Positions 38,297 through 48,352 of a stretch of 64,000 bases of DNA are shown piece after piece. Source of the stretch: a virus (lineage: Duplodnaviria; Heunggongvirae; Uroviricota; Caudoviricetes); IMG/VR virus record IMGVR_UViG_3300006092_000059, positions 12,516 through 76,515 of that record, one strand, 5' to 3'. How positions within the stretch are numbered: the stretch's first letter is position 1; every line of letters starts with the position of its first letter. Under the pieces are notes generated by a model, which searched no databases, was not told the DNA's origin, and saw nothing but the letters and a program-made list of their open reading frames with translations. The position numbers were made by a program, and so were the translations under genes.

Positions 38297-38774
38297 TTCT
38301 AGTTGGTATTTTAGCTACTATTTTATCTCCCATAGGTTGGATACTATTTATCATATAATCCAAAGTAAGGGGGATTTCACCATCCACATCTAATATCCAT
38401 AATTTATCTTTTGAATGAACCATTCCACAGCATGAGTTATACAGTCTTGAAACAAAATAATTCTCAGATTTTATACAATGAGCAAGTTGTTCCATCATCT
38501 CTAAGGCTACTTTTCTATTGTGCCTTTTATTGAGGTTTATACCTATTCTTGCATTGAATATTTCTGATAATTTTATCATTTCTTCTTTATATTCTTCCAA
38601 CTGTTCTTTTGAATAAATATAGTAAGCTTTAATCAAACGGGCATTATTATTTCTGCCTAATCTTTTATTGGATTCTTTATGATCCTTTTTTCTTTGTATG
38701 ACTTGTACAAAGTAAAATTCATTATTATTATCAAAGGTTAATAATTTACCTATTTGTTCAAAGTTATCTATCAT
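38190..38774 (-). CDS. hypothetical protein (the track ORF overlaps the upstream gene by 107 nt; the real start is probably internal)
   Basis: 194-aa ORF. Confidence 0.35.
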   Translation of the reverse strand: MIDNFEQIGKLLTFDNNNEFYFVQVIQRKKDHKESNKRLGRNNNARLIKAYYIYSKEQLEEYKEEMIKLSEIFNARIGINLNKRHNRKVALEMMEQLAHCIKSENYFVSRLYNSCCGMVHSKDKLWILDVDGEIPLTLDYMINSIQPMGDKIVAKIPTRNGIHYITKPFNSMEFKKHFPQIEIHKNNPTVLYIP

Positions 38775-38778
38775 TGTA

Positions 38779-39237
38779 CTACTCTTTAGGAGCAGGAGTT
38801 ACAGTAGTATTTTCTGTAGTAGAAGTAGGAGCTATACCTTTGAGATTCTCATTGTATGATTTCACTACTTCTTCCATATTACCTACCATAGCAAACAACT
38901 TCTTCATTTCTTCAGTAAATCCTTTCTTTTTCTCATTTACTGTTTTCTTAAGTTGCTCTTCAGCTGCTTTTACTTCTTTATCAAATTGAATTTTCTTATC
39001 CAGTAATATTATAGCTTTTTCTTTAAAGTCTTTAATATAACCTTCTAATCTTTCTTTTAGTAAGGCTTGTACTACTTCACCTACCTTATCACCAGGTAAG
39101 CTTAGTTTTTTGAGATTTTGAGGGCCTCCTAAGAGTGCAACCATCTTGTTAAAATTTTTGTCAAATTCTTTAGAGATTTTATCTCCATCATTTTTTTGTT
39201 GATTTTCTACCTCAACATTTTCGTTTTCTGTATTCAT
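38779..39237 (-). CDS. hypothetical coiled-coil protein
   Basis: 152-aa, Lys/Glu-rich. Confidence 0.35.
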   Translation of the reverse strand: MNTENENVEVENQQKNDGDKISKEFDKNFNKMVALLGGPQNLKKLSLPGDKVGEVVQALLKERLEGYIKDFKEKAIILLDKKIQFDKEVKAAEEQLKKTVNEKKKGFTEEMKKLFAMVGNMEEVVKSYNENLKGIAPTSTTENTTVTPAPKE

Positions 39238-39239
39238 TT

Positions 39240-39719
39240 TTAAGTTGCGAAGCTAAATGCTTCTAATTTTGATGTATCTATTAATAATTTTGATTCTTGA
39301 GGATCTACTGATGTTTTCTTTTCTACAGTATAGGAATTTTCTATAAAGTGACTATACTTTTTTGAGCTAATATAATCACTAATTTCTTCGTTTAGCCTTT
39401 GAATACTCCCATCCTTAGGATATAATGATCCACTATTATACCATCTAGCATATTTAAGTTGAAACTCATCATCAAAGTCAAATGACAAAAATTTAGGTTT
39501 TAAAAACCCAAAACTATGCCATAGCTTAAATTCGTCTGTATTCTTTAAGATTTTACAATGGTGAATTAGTACAGATGCAAAATTAGTAGCAATAAAAGCT
39601 TTTTTATTTTCTTTTATATTAAACTGCATCCATCTATACATTTCATCCATTATAATACTTACAGCTCTTTCTAATTCCATATTAGCTGTATTTTTTGGTG
39701 AAGTAATCAAAACAATCAC
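39240..39719 (-). CDS. hypothetical protein
   Basis: 159-aa ORF. Confidence 0.35.
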   Translation of the reverse strand: MIVLITSPKNTANMELERAVSIIMDEMYRWMQFNIKENKKAFIATNFASVLIHHCKILKNTDEFKLWHSFGFLKPKFLSFDFDDEFQLKYARWYNSGSLYPKDGSIQRLNEEISDYISSKKYSHFIENSYTVEKKTSVDPQESKLLIDTSKLEAFSFAT

Positions 39720-39938
39720 TGTTTTTCTCTACAGAAAATCCAGATTTATTAATTACATTTAATAACTTTCCACCTTTAAGTATAACTCTGTATTCAAGAA
39801 TTTGTAATTGTTTTTTCCCGAACTTATCAGTATAGGGCATTCCTCTTGTTTCTTTTTTAATTTCAATATTCATTTTAATTCTTTTGCAAATTGCAAAATA
39901 GCTGTTCCAAGTAGTAAGTTTTCACTCCAGCTGTATTC

Positions 39939-41831
39939 CTACTTTTGCCAACACTTAGTTATAGTTGTGTCTACCTCCATTTTAACTTTAGAGACATATT
40001 TATTTCCAACTTCTATCATAAGTGAAGCCATTTCCTTAGAAAATTCCTGTGCTAAGTCTTCTCTGACTTCTACATCAATAGCATCATGGACAGTGCATAT
40101 TAAATATGCTACATCTTCATTCCACTTCTTGTTATATCTTTTAATAAGATTCCTAACTTCTATTAATGCTTCTTTACATATATCAGCACCACTACCCTGA
40201 ATTGGTGAATTACCACCATTTCTTTCAGTTTGTCCTTCTATAGTAAGTATGCGTTTCCAAGTTTCCTTTTCACCATATTTCACAGTTTTTCTAAGGTTGA
40301 TGGCAATATCCATATCTGGATACCATCTTCTTCTTTTACAAGGAAAGAATGTTACAGAATATTTGTTTTTTTTAGCAAAAACACCTTGATACTTTAACCA
40401 TTCATTCAGTTTAGGAAATGAATGTGCGTATATTTCAAAAAGCTCATTAGCTTCTTCAAGGCTGATTCCTAATGTATCTGCAAGCTTTGGAGGCCCCATT
40501 CCATAAGGTTTACCAAAATTAATGGTTTTAGCCTTATTTCTTAGTTCCTTATCAGCTTTAGTGATAGTACGTTTAAACATCATACTACCAGCATAACAAT
40601 GTAAGTCTTCACCTCTATTTAAAACATCAATGAATCCCTCTTCATTACTGGCATCAGCCATTAGTCTCAATTCTTGTCCTGAGTAATCAATACTTACCCA
40701 AGCATAACCTTCTCTTGCCTCAAAACAATTCCTAAATGTGTTAGATGCAGGAATATTTTGAAGATTAGGAGCATTATCTTCTTTACTACCACTACTTACT
40801 CTCCCTGTATTTAATACTTGCCAAAATGAAGTATGAACTCTATTAGTAGTAGTATTAATGGATCTTAAAAATCCTATACCATAAGTAGAAATAATTTTTG
40901 CTTTTTCTCTATATTCTTGTAATAGAGCACAAAATGGATGTCTTTTAGCTATTTTAGACAGTTCTCTGTCATTAGTAGAATCAATTTCAAATCCTAGTGC
41001 TTTTAATACTTCGTATATTTGAGAAGGAGAAGCATAATTAATTTTTATATCCCTTTCAGTATAACCAAATAAATTCCCCTGTTGCCCTTTAGAGTGCCAT
41101 TTTGACAGCTTTGATTCAGATTCTACAATCTTATCCAATTGATTTGTAATTGTGTCTAATTCAGCTCTAAAATGCGTAGTATTGTGAATCCATTTGTCTT
41201 TATTAAGATACATTCCATTATACTCTATATCAGCTATTGCCTTAACAACTTCATTTTCAAGATTTACACAATAAGTGAGATCTAACTCTTTAGCCTTAGT
41301 TTCTTGTATTTCTTTAATTTTATGAAGATAAGTAACATCTAATGCAGCGTATTCTATTTGTTTGTCAGTATATGGAATATCTCCAACTTTATGAAAATCT
41401 CCTCTGGTTGTTTTATCCAAATCAACCTGAAGATATCTCTGAGCTAGATCTTTTAATCCATATCCATATTTTTCATATCCACAATACAATACACATTCAG
41501 CGAGCATTGTATCATAAATATTCTCAAGTACTATTCCTGCTTTTTTAAGAAATTTATAATCAAATTTGGAATTGTGTAGAATACATTTTTTTGTTTCTAA
41601 CAAATTCTTGAAGTTCAAGATATCTATACTTCTAACATCAATTACAAACTGATTTTTATTATCTCCTATTTGAAGACATATAATTTTCTTACTATGGCAA
41701 TCTTTTCCCTGAGTTTCTGTATCCACAGCTATTTCATCATGATTTGAGAAATATCTGAGGCATTCCTCTACAGATGAGGAAGAATATATAGAACTATCTA
41801 TAAATCCTGTCTTTCCAATAAAATAAATCAA
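39939..41831 (-). CDS. family A DNA polymerase with a 3'-5' proofreading exonuclease domain
   Basis: Exo motifs VDTETQG and YAALDVTYL. Polymerase motif A DYSGQELRLMA, motif B KTINFGKPYGMG and motif C VHDAIDVEV. Confidence 0.9.
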   Translation of the reverse strand: MIYFIGKTGFIDSSIYSSSSVEECLRYFSNHDEIAVDTETQGKDCHSKKIICLQIGDNKNQFVIDVRSIDILNFKNLLETKKCILHNSKFDYKFLKKAGIVLENIYDTMLAECVLYCGYEKYGYGLKDLAQRYLQVDLDKTTRGDFHKVGDIPYTDKQIEYAALDVTYLHKIKEIQETKAKELDLTYCVNLENEVVKAIADIEYNGMYLNKDKWIHNTTHFRAELDTITNQLDKIVESESKLSKWHSKGQQGNLFGYTERDIKINYASPSQIYEVLKALGFEIDSTNDRELSKIAKRHPFCALLQEYREKAKIISTYGIGFLRSINTTTNRVHTSFWQVLNTGRVSSGSKEDNAPNLQNIPASNTFRNCFEAREGYAWVSIDYSGQELRLMADASNEEGFIDVLNRGEDLHCYAGSMMFKRTITKADKELRNKAKTINFGKPYGMGPPKLADTLGISLEEANELFEIYAHSFPKLNEWLKYQGVFAKKNKYSVTFFPCKRRRWYPDMDIAINLRKTVKYGEKETWKRILTIEGQTERNGGNSPIQGSGADICKEALIEVRNLIKRYNKKWNEDVAYLICTVHDAIDVEVREDLAQEFSKEMASLMIEVGNKYVSKVKMEVDTTITKCWQK

Positions 41832-41841
41832 TTAATGATTT

Positions 41842-42765
41842 TTATTTATCTTCAATCTTTCTATACCCATGAAAACCTTCAAAGTTATAACCATTTCTTG
41901 GTTCTGTAACAGGAGTGCTATGACCTTTAAAATTTAAAGGAAATAATACTTCTTTAATATAAAGAGTTCCAAGTCTTCTATGTTCTGCTATAGAAGTATC
42001 TCTAAGTATACTTCCTGCTGGAAGATTTCCATAAGATTCAGTGAGAACATAAAGATGTTTTCCTTTATAATTAGGATCCTCTTTGGTTAATTTTTTAAAT
42101 TTTTCGAGTATTTCTTTTGCTTTTTCTTCAGCTATTTTAATATGCTTTTCCTGATTTAGAAAATCTTCTAACACAGGTGGTTTATCCATTGGTATAAAAT
42201 CACTTGAAAAGTATTTATTTATACTAGAGAATGTCTTATTTTTAAGAAATTCTTTAATAGGTTTTAACTTAATCATATAACAAGGATTTCCCTGATACAT
42301 ACTTCGACCTCCTGAATAAGGTACTCCTTCTTTATTTGGTAATCCATGACCTATTTGCATAGCTTCAAACCAAGTTACATTAGGATATTTTTCTCTTATC
42401 TCAAATGTTTTAGGTATAAGATCAGAATAAAGATTATAAAAAATCCATCTTACTAAGCAGAATAATAAATAAGTTTGCCATGCTGTTTCATAATCTTGGT
42501 TATTAATTCCAATTACTAAGATATCATTTTTAAGTAGGAATTCAAAATTAAATCCTATTGATTTAAGTGTTTTTAACCATTTAGTACAGATTTCATCACT
42601 ATGTAATCTTTCTGCCTTGGTTAAATAAATATACACTTCTAATTTTTGTTTTGGTTGATATCCATGTATAAACATACAACAAGCTGTCTTATTGAATGTT
42701 TTAGTTCCTTCTTGATTTATGTAAAAGGTGTCTTTTACTTCTTCTAATGGTGTTGTTAATGCCAT
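41842..42765 (-). CDS. hypothetical protein
   Basis: 307-aa ORF immediately upstream of the polymerase gene. Confidence 0.4.
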   Translation of the reverse strand: MALTTPLEEVKDTFYINQEGTKTFNKTACCMFIHGYQPKQKLEVYIYLTKAERLHSDEICTKWLKTLKSIGFNFEFLLKNDILVIGINNQDYETAWQTYLLFCLVRWIFYNLYSDLIPKTFEIREKYPNVTWFEAMQIGHGLPNKEGVPYSGGRSMYQGNPCYMIKLKPIKEFLKNKTFSSINKYFSSDFIPMDKPPVLEDFLNQEKHIKIAEEKAKEILEKFKKLTKEDPNYKGKHLYVLTESYGNLPAGSILRDTSIAEHRRLGTLYIKEVLFPLNFKGHSTPVTEPRNGYNFEGFHGYRKIEDK

Positions 42766-42930
42766 TTTATTCGTTTAAAAAGTTTTTTACTAACATTTGA
42801 ATACAAAACTCAAGAACTATAAATTCGAACCAATTAACTACTTTTGGTATTTCATTATAATCCTTGAGTATCAATATTACAGATGTTATTCCTACCATTA
42901 TATAGATAGTGTTAAGTGCTTGTAATTTTT

Positions 42931-43749
42931 TCATTTGTAGACTGTTGCAACAGGTACTGGAAGAGATTCTAAGTTATATTTTTTGATAAGAGAAGCAGCA
43001 GCGGAATAATCAGAATTGTTAATAGTACTAATTATTATTTCTGCTAAGTTACTCCCATTTTCAATTTCCCCATGTTCCTTTACAAATTCTACAGCTCTTA
43101 GAGTGTTATCCCATACCCATTTAATAAGAGTGTCATCAAAAATCCAGAAATTACTCAAAACTCTATACTCAAATCTGTTTTGTTTGAGTTTTTCTCTGTA
43201 ATCTCCAGCTTTTCCATAAAGGTCTCTTCTATATAAGTCTGTATCCATTAAAATACTAGGAACTGCTAAGTGTAAATCAAGAGCTTTAACTACAGCTAAC
43301 ATATTTCTACCATCTATTGAATCAAATTCAAGATGTATATGCCCACCACAACTTCTTAATGTACCATCAGGAGATGGTCTTTCCATTTGCTCACCTTTTC
43401 TCCAAGCATCAAAAGATGGTTCACAACCAAATTCAGTTGCTTTAACATCTACTAGTTCTTCATAAGGAAAATGAGCAGATGCTTCTGTTCCTATATCATA
43501 AGAGTCTGGAATAATATTTTTCAGGTATTTCAAACCATAACGGATATTATTGGTGAATTCTTGCAAATCACTAGCTGGTGGTACATTGAATTCTACAGCA
43601 ACATTGTCATGTAGAAATGCAAAGCCATCCTTATCCATTGGCATTGGTTTTTCTTTTGTTCCCATTCCTACAATAGGAATAGAAGATTTGAATTTGTCTC
43701 CTTCTTTGAGAAAAAATTCTGGGTCTGTTCCAAATTTTGTTATCTTCAT
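42931..43749 (-). CDS. second amidoligase-like protein (COG2170/YbdK-like)
   Basis: N-terminus KFGTDPEFFLKEG (corresponds to GIELEF) and SCGGHIHLEFD (corresponds to the YbdK HVHVG motif). Confidence 0.45.
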   Translation of the reverse strand: MKITKFGTDPEFFLKEGDKFKSSIPIVGMGTKEKPMPMDKDGFAFLHDNVAVEFNVPPASDLQEFTNNIRYGLKYLKNIIPDSYDIGTEASAHFPYEELVDVKATEFGCEPSFDAWRKGEQMERPSPDGTLRSCGGHIHLEFDSIDGRNMLAVVKALDLHLAVPSILMDTDLYRRDLYGKAGDYREKLKQNRFEYRVLSNFWIFDDTLIKWVWDNTLRAVEFVKEHGEIENGSNLAEIIISTINNSDYSAAASLIKKYNLESLPVPVATVYK

Positions 43750-43949
43750 CTAATCATTTTTTTAATTATCCAATTATATACTACTTGTTTCATAAATACT
43801 GTAAATAGTACTACAGGCCATCCAGAGCCAATGAGGAAATACCAAAATAGATCTTCATCTATACTGTTATTTACCTCATCAACTCTATAGATAACCATTC
43901 CTATAAAACAACCTATAAGTATATAGGATATAATTATAGCTATTGTCAT
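43746..43949 (-). CDS. small membrane protein
   Basis: 67 aa with two TM helices. Confidence 0.3.
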   Translation of the reverse strand: MTIAIIISYILIGCFIGMVIYRVDEVNNSIDEDLFWYFLIGSGWPVVLFTVFMKQVVYNWIIKKMIR

Positions 43950-43950
43950 A

Positions 43951-44427
43951 CTATTCTTTTACTTGCCAGTCAATTTTAGGACAATATTTACCTTTAAAAG
44001 ATTTCCAACCTTCTCCTATAATATCTGAGGTTTCAGATAAATTACGTGATACTGAACTCTGTGGAAATACTTCTTTAAAGTAATAAACGATTAATAATAT
44101 TACCACTGATACTGCTAATATAATTAACAATGGCCCAAGAATTGCCCAGAATCCATGTTTTACAGTAGTACCAATAAATACTCCTGCAAGTGAAAGAACT
44201 GCATAAGCCATCAATGTATTAACAATATTTCTTCCAAATGCTCCTGTTTCTCCACTTATTCCTTTATAGATAAGCCCAATCCAAGTAATAGGTAACATTA
44301 GGGTTGCCCATACTAATGCCCAGAAATAATCACAGAAATTTTCATTTGGTTCATCATTTCCAAACCATCCTGCATAATTAAGTTTCCAGAATTTATAATG
44401 CCACGAGTTGTTTTTTGTAAGTTTCAT
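43951..44427 (-). CDS. integral membrane protein
   Basis: 158 aa with ~4 predicted TM helices, immediately downstream of the NAMPT gene. Confidence 0.4.
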   Translation of the reverse strand: MKLTKNNSWHYKFWKLNYAGWFGNDEPNENFCDYFWALVWATLMLPITWIGLIYKGISGETGAFGRNIVNTLMAYAVLSLAGVFIGTTVKHGFWAILGPLLIILAVSVVILLIVYYFKEVFPQSSVSRNLSETSDIIGEGWKSFKGKYCPKIDWQVKE

Positions 44428-46057
44428 TTACTTGTTGTTTAATTTTGATTAAAGTTGTTTGATTGAAAAATTCTCCATTTCTGTAGATAGTTTTTAATTC
44501 ATTTTCTTCTGAGTTATATTTTTCCTCAGAAACTCCTGATTCACAGATATACTCTCCATCTACAAGGGAGATAAACTGAAATCCTTTTAATGATTTCTTA
44601 GTTCCATTATCTGTAATAGGATCTTTATAAATATCATATTCTTCTCTTACTCCTTCTACAAATGTTTCAAACCAGCAACCTTTAGCTGCAAATCCAGCAC
44701 TGTCACGAGTTAACATTACATAAGTGTAAGAGCCTATTCCTAATACAATATTAGTAGCAGCAAAACCTTTATCAGCAAGTCTGCTATACATAGCTACTTG
44801 ACGCTCAAGATTAATACTATCACCATAGATAGCACCAATATGTGAATCAAGAACTTTATATCCTTCATCACTAACAGTACCACCAAAAATATCCCAAAGT
44901 AGTTCTGCTACTCCTTTTGATTCTATTTGTGTAGTTGTATCATTATTTGAAATTCTTATCCATTTGTTTCTCATCTCAACTGCCTCAAATCCACAAATAA
45001 TATCTACAGGATCACCAGAATCAGGTCTTAATACTAATTTTCCTTCTCTTTCAAGGATTTCTTTCTTGAGCCTTGGTATAATATGAGTACAGGATTTCCA
45101 TGTATTCATAGTATCACATACATAAGATAAAATTCCTTTAGGGAATTTCTTTAGCCAATCTCTTAACATTAACCATTCTGCAATAGTTAAATAATCAGGA
45201 TTCTCTATAGAGCCTTCACATGGAGCATCAAATGAATAGTATTCTTTTATACTTTCATCTAACAATCCTTGTTTAAGTTTTCTTTCATAATAGAAAATAT
45301 TAGTACAGCTTACTGAATGTTCCGAAGCATTTACTGAGAAGATAGGTACTTCCTCTTCATCAAAATCATAATAATATCTTGATGCAGGAATTACATTCAA
45401 TGTATCACTTCCTGAATTACAAATAGCATGTCCTAATCCTACTGCAATAGAAGTATAAGGATTACCTCCTCTTGAGTGAAAATCATGACACATAAAATCA
45501 GCAAACCACAGATTTTTTGAATCTGTTTTAGTTACCCATTCTACTGCATTTTCTTTAAATTTAGCCCCAATAGTAGCAGCTGTGGGCATTTGCCATGCTA
45601 ACTTACTTACTAAAGTTTCTAAAAATAACCCAAGCCATGAATATCCATCTACTGTATTAATACCTGTCATATGAGGTATATTTGGTTGTGTAAACACACC
45701 CTCAGTAAGTGATTTAACATCTACAGGTAAATATCCTAAATTGTGTAATTGTTTGAAATGATCTCCATTATATTCAATCATAAGATATTTTGACATATCT
45801 TTAGCAAATTTCTCAGCTACTTCAATAGGTTTATTGAAGAAAAACTCTTGAAATGCACTATGGATATATCTCCAAGTTAACTGCTGACCAGCACTCATCA
45901 ATTTTTTAATAGATGGATGCATATTTTTAAGACTTCGTGGAATCCAATTCCAACCTTCTCTGCTAACATTTGGTGCTAACATAGAATGATGTCCTACTTT
46001 ATAGCCATCAGCCTCATAAAGAGGATTTAGTTTAAACGTCTGTTTTAATTTGTTCAT
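44393..46057 (-). CDS. nadV: nicotinamide phosphoribosyltransferase (NAMPT/NadV)
   Basis: LYEADGYKVGHH (NAMPT LLATDSYKVTHY), HDFHSRGG (HDFGYRG), LVLRPDSGDPVDI (LIIRPDSGNPLDTV), AIYGDSINL (IQGDGVDINTL). Confidence 0.85.
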   Translation of the reverse strand: MNKLKQTFKLNPLYEADGYKVGHHSMLAPNVSREGWNWIPRSLKNMHPSIKKLMSAGQQLTWRYIHSAFQEFFFNKPIEVAEKFAKDMSKYLMIEYNGDHFKQLHNLGYLPVDVKSLTEGVFTQPNIPHMTGINTVDGYSWLGLFLETLVSKLAWQMPTAATIGAKFKENAVEWVTKTDSKNLWFADFMCHDFHSRGGNPYTSIAVGLGHAICNSGSDTLNVIPASRYYYDFDEEEVPIFSVNASEHSVSCTNIFYYERKLKQGLLDESIKEYYSFDAPCEGSIENPDYLTIAEWLMLRDWLKKFPKGILSYVCDTMNTWKSCTHIIPRLKKEILEREGKLVLRPDSGDPVDIICGFEAVEMRNKWIRISNNDTTTQIESKGVAELLWDIFGGTVSDEGYKVLDSHIGAIYGDSINLERQVAMYSRLADKGFAATNIVLGIGSYTYVMLTRDSAGFAAKGCWFETFVEGVREEYDIYKDPITDNGTKKSLKGFQFISLVDGEYICESGVSEEKYNSEENELKTIYRNGEFFNQTTLIKIKQQVNETYKKQLVAL

Positions 46058-46875
46058 TTTAATTTTACTTCAATTAATCTGTCATTAACAAATCTTTGTT
46101 GTCTTGCAAAAGTTACATCCCCAAAGTTCAAGAATATATCTTCTTTACCTAAAAAGCTATTAGTAAAATAGATTTTTTCTAGATTTTGTTCTAGTTTACT
46201 AAATCCTTTACTAAATATTGCATGAGTTACACACAAATAAACTCTTTGAGCACCACGTATTTTAAGCTGTTTAGAACATTCTATAAATGTACCACCTCCA
46301 TCACAGAGATCATCTACAATTATACAATCTTTTTCAATTTTAGCTTCTAATGGTATTTCAATTGTATCTACTTGTCCTTTTACTCGTGTCTTATTACATT
46401 TTACTATATTAGTACTGCCTAATTCTTCTTCTATCCAAGCACCAGCACCTTTATCAGGAGCTATTATTGAATAATTAAGTAAAGAATTGTCAATAATACA
46501 TTGTTGTACTAAATCTGCAGTGACAGTAATTTCTTTACTTTTATTTATTAGTTCAAGACTTTTCTTTGAATGAGGTTTTAATATTTCTACTTCCTCAAAT
46601 TCTAATAAATTGATAAATCTTGCAACTAAATAAAGATCAGCAAATTCTCCTTCACTGAACTGTCTGTCACATCTAGCAGCTAATAAGTAATTAATTCTTA
46701 ATTTTCTTAATTTAGGACATATTCCTTTCAACTGGGCTAATAAAAATAAATCATCAAAAGATCTTAGTGATACACAAATTTCTTCTAAATCTTTAAATCC
46801 ATCTTCTTCTTTTAGAATTAAATGTTGATGCCCATCTGGAAAGTATGCTACATTAAGCTGTGATAAATTCCTCAT
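46054..46875 (-). CDS. ribose-phosphate pyrophosphokinase-like type I PRTase-fold protein (likely PRPP supply for NAMPT)
   Basis: PRPP-loop CIIVDDLCDGGGTF and IIAPDKGAGAW (Prs VVSPDAGG). Its stop overlaps the nadV start. Confidence 0.5.
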   Translation of the reverse strand: MRNLSQLNVAYFPDGHQHLILKEEDGFKDLEEICVSLRSFDDLFLLAQLKGICPKLRKLRINYLLAARCDRQFSEGEFADLYLVARFINLLEFEEVEILKPHSKKSLELINKSKEITVTADLVQQCIIDNSLLNYSIIAPDKGAGAWIEEELGSTNIVKCNKTRVKGQVDTIEIPLEAKIEKDCIIVDDLCDGGGTFIECSKQLKIRGAQRVYLCVTHAIFSKGFSKLEQNLEKIYFTNSFLGKEDIFLNFGDVTFARQQRFVNDRLIEVKLK

Positions 46876-46968
46876 AGTTGTTTGTAAGTATTAAATAAAT
46901 TATTGTGAAGTTTTCTTCTAACCAGTGTATTCCATAACAGAATGCAAGATAGAGAATAAGTCCTACTA

Positions 46969-47229
46969 TCATATGTTTTTAGTTATAGCATATACACCTT
47001 TGTCTGTGTGGTTAAAACACTTAGTACATGCAGGATTACCACAATGTGAGATTAAATGTCGTCCCTTATTAGGAGATTTCATTGTCCTCTTTTTTCTGAC
47101 TGCTCTGGTAGATTTGGTATTTTCACCATTTCTTTTCCAGACATCGTATTTGGCTTTATTGGCAGCCTTAATAGCCCTTTTTTTCTGTAAGTTCTTTTGC
47201 TTACTTATTGCTTTTGATTTCTTACTCAT
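46969..47229 (-). CDS. small basic zinc-ribbon-like protein
   Basis: Lys/Arg-rich with HCGNPACTKCFNH. Preferred over the antisense low-complexity + ORF at 46925..47242. Confidence 0.35.
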   Translation of the reverse strand: MSKKSKAISKQKNLQKKRAIKAANKAKYDVWKRNGENTKSTRAVRKKRTMKSPNKGRHLISHCGNPACTKCFNHTDKGVYAITKNI

Positions 47230-47765
47230 TTTATTTTCTTAATTAGTTTTGTGTAATTAGAATCTATTGAATATCCCATTTGGTCTAAAAATTGTATATA
47301 TTCTTGTTCTGTATTAATTTTAGAAAGATTTTGAGCCTGCCATAAAGCATAATCTCTTAAGCATTCTTGCCAATCAGAATAAATACAATAATCATCTTTT
47401 CCCCAGCTTATAGCTGTAGAAGGTCTTGCATAAGCTCTTTTTAATCCTAGAAAGTTATTTCCATTAATGAAAATAGGATTTTTCCACCTATCTCCAGTTC
47501 TGGAAGCTCCCTCTATTATAGCTTGATTGTACACTGCAGATGAAAACTTCAAATGTAGTGTATTAATTTCCCTTCTTAAGTTATCTTCTGAGAATGGAAT
47601 TTTGTCTGTTTTTATTACCACAGGAATCTTTTCATATACTATTTTAGTAGTAATTCCTGATGATAATGTACTAAACAGCAGTAACAGTCCTATAACAAAA
47701 TATATGTATTGTTTTAAGGATATGGGTTTGAATTGTAATTCTTTAACATCATATTTGTATAACAT
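47226..47765 (-). CDS. putative peptidoglycan hydrolase (glucosaminidase/FlgJ-like) with an N-terminal signal anchor; candidate endolysin
   Basis: N-terminal TM/signal ISLKQYIYFVIGLLLLFSTLSSG. The central region resembles the glucosaminidase domain. Adjacent to a holin-like gene. Confidence 0.3.
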   Translation of the reverse strand: MLYKYDVKELQFKPISLKQYIYFVIGLLLLFSTLSSGITTKIVYEKIPVVIKTDKIPFSEDNLRREINTLHLKFSSAVYNQAIIEGASRTGDRWKNPIFINGNNFLGLKRAYARPSTAISWGKDDYCIYSDWQECLRDYALWQAQNLSKINTEQEYIQFLDQMGYSIDSNYTKLIKKIK

Positions 47766-47783
47766 TACTTTTTATTTCGTGAA

Positions 47784-47978
47784 TTAATGCTTAAATATAG
47801 CTAATACTATAGCACCAAGAAGATAACAAACACCTAATCCTAGTCCTATCATTAAAATCATAGTAAAAGCTGCTCCCATTTTTTCTTCTAAATCATCTCC
47901 AGGCATAAATTTACTTATGCCAGCTAAAATTGCTATGATAAGTGCTATTGTAGCCATTCCTATAACTATTTCTATCAT
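47784..47978 (-). CDS. holin-like small membrane protein
   Basis: 64 aa with two TM helices, located next to the putative lysin. Confidence 0.3.
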   Translation of the reverse strand: MIEIVIGMATIALIIAILAGISKFMPGDDLEEKMGAAFTMILMIGLGLGVCYLLGAIVLAIFKH

Positions 47979-47989
47979 AATTTTTTGTT

Positions 47990-48352
47990 TTAATCACCTG
48001 TCCAATCATAACCTTCTGGATAAGCTACTCCTACCCATTCAGATTTTTCTTGTTTTCTAACTGGAACTGGTTGAGTTCTAAAAGGTTCTCTTTCTATCAT
48101 ACTCTTAATTTTATTCTTATGTTCTTGAGTCCATGAAAGAAAAGGAAAAGTTTTTAATAATTCTTCTTCATACCATTCTTTGGTAACTATTTGGTCTATA
48201 TCATCTAAACTAGTAGGAGTACCATCTATCCTAAACCAGATTTCTCCTGGCTTTATTGGAACAGATGTAATGTATCCTAATCTATCTTGTGTACTTAGCT
48301 TAGCATGTACTATAGCTCCGTATCTTACTTCGTCTCTTTTGTATCTTGCCAT
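47990..48352 (-). CDS. hypothetical protein
   Basis: 120-aa ORF. Confidence 0.35.
   Translation of the reverse strand: MARYKRDEVRYGAIVHAKLSTQDRLGYITSVPIKPGEIWFRIDGTPTSLDDIDQIVTKEWYEEELLKTFPFLSWTQEHKNKIKSMIEREPFRTQPVPVRKQEKSEWVGVAYPEGYDWTGD

Noticed and set aside
39874-39938. Near-perfect AT-rich palindrome TTTTGCAAATTGCAAAA between the polymerase gene and the upstream small ORF, as a terminator
   Set aside because: The stem is almost entirely A/T, with no flanking U-tract in the transcribed orientation. It is more likely a protein-binding palindrome or chance in AT-rich DNA.
11943-43753. Short + strand ORFs embedded antisense in long - strand genes (11943..12227, 14152..14370, 15401..15583, 20637..20825, 20919..21137, 21370..21669, 26795..27028, 32427..32654, 32698..32895, 33128..33310, 34263..34505, 37478..37702, 38774..38989, 39808..40200, 41342..41548, 43016..43201, 43550..43753)
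   Set aside because: Each lies wholly within a better-supported - strand gene (several with clear enzyme motifs). They translate to Phe/Leu/Ile/Ser-rich low-complexity peptides typical of antisense AT-rich sequence.
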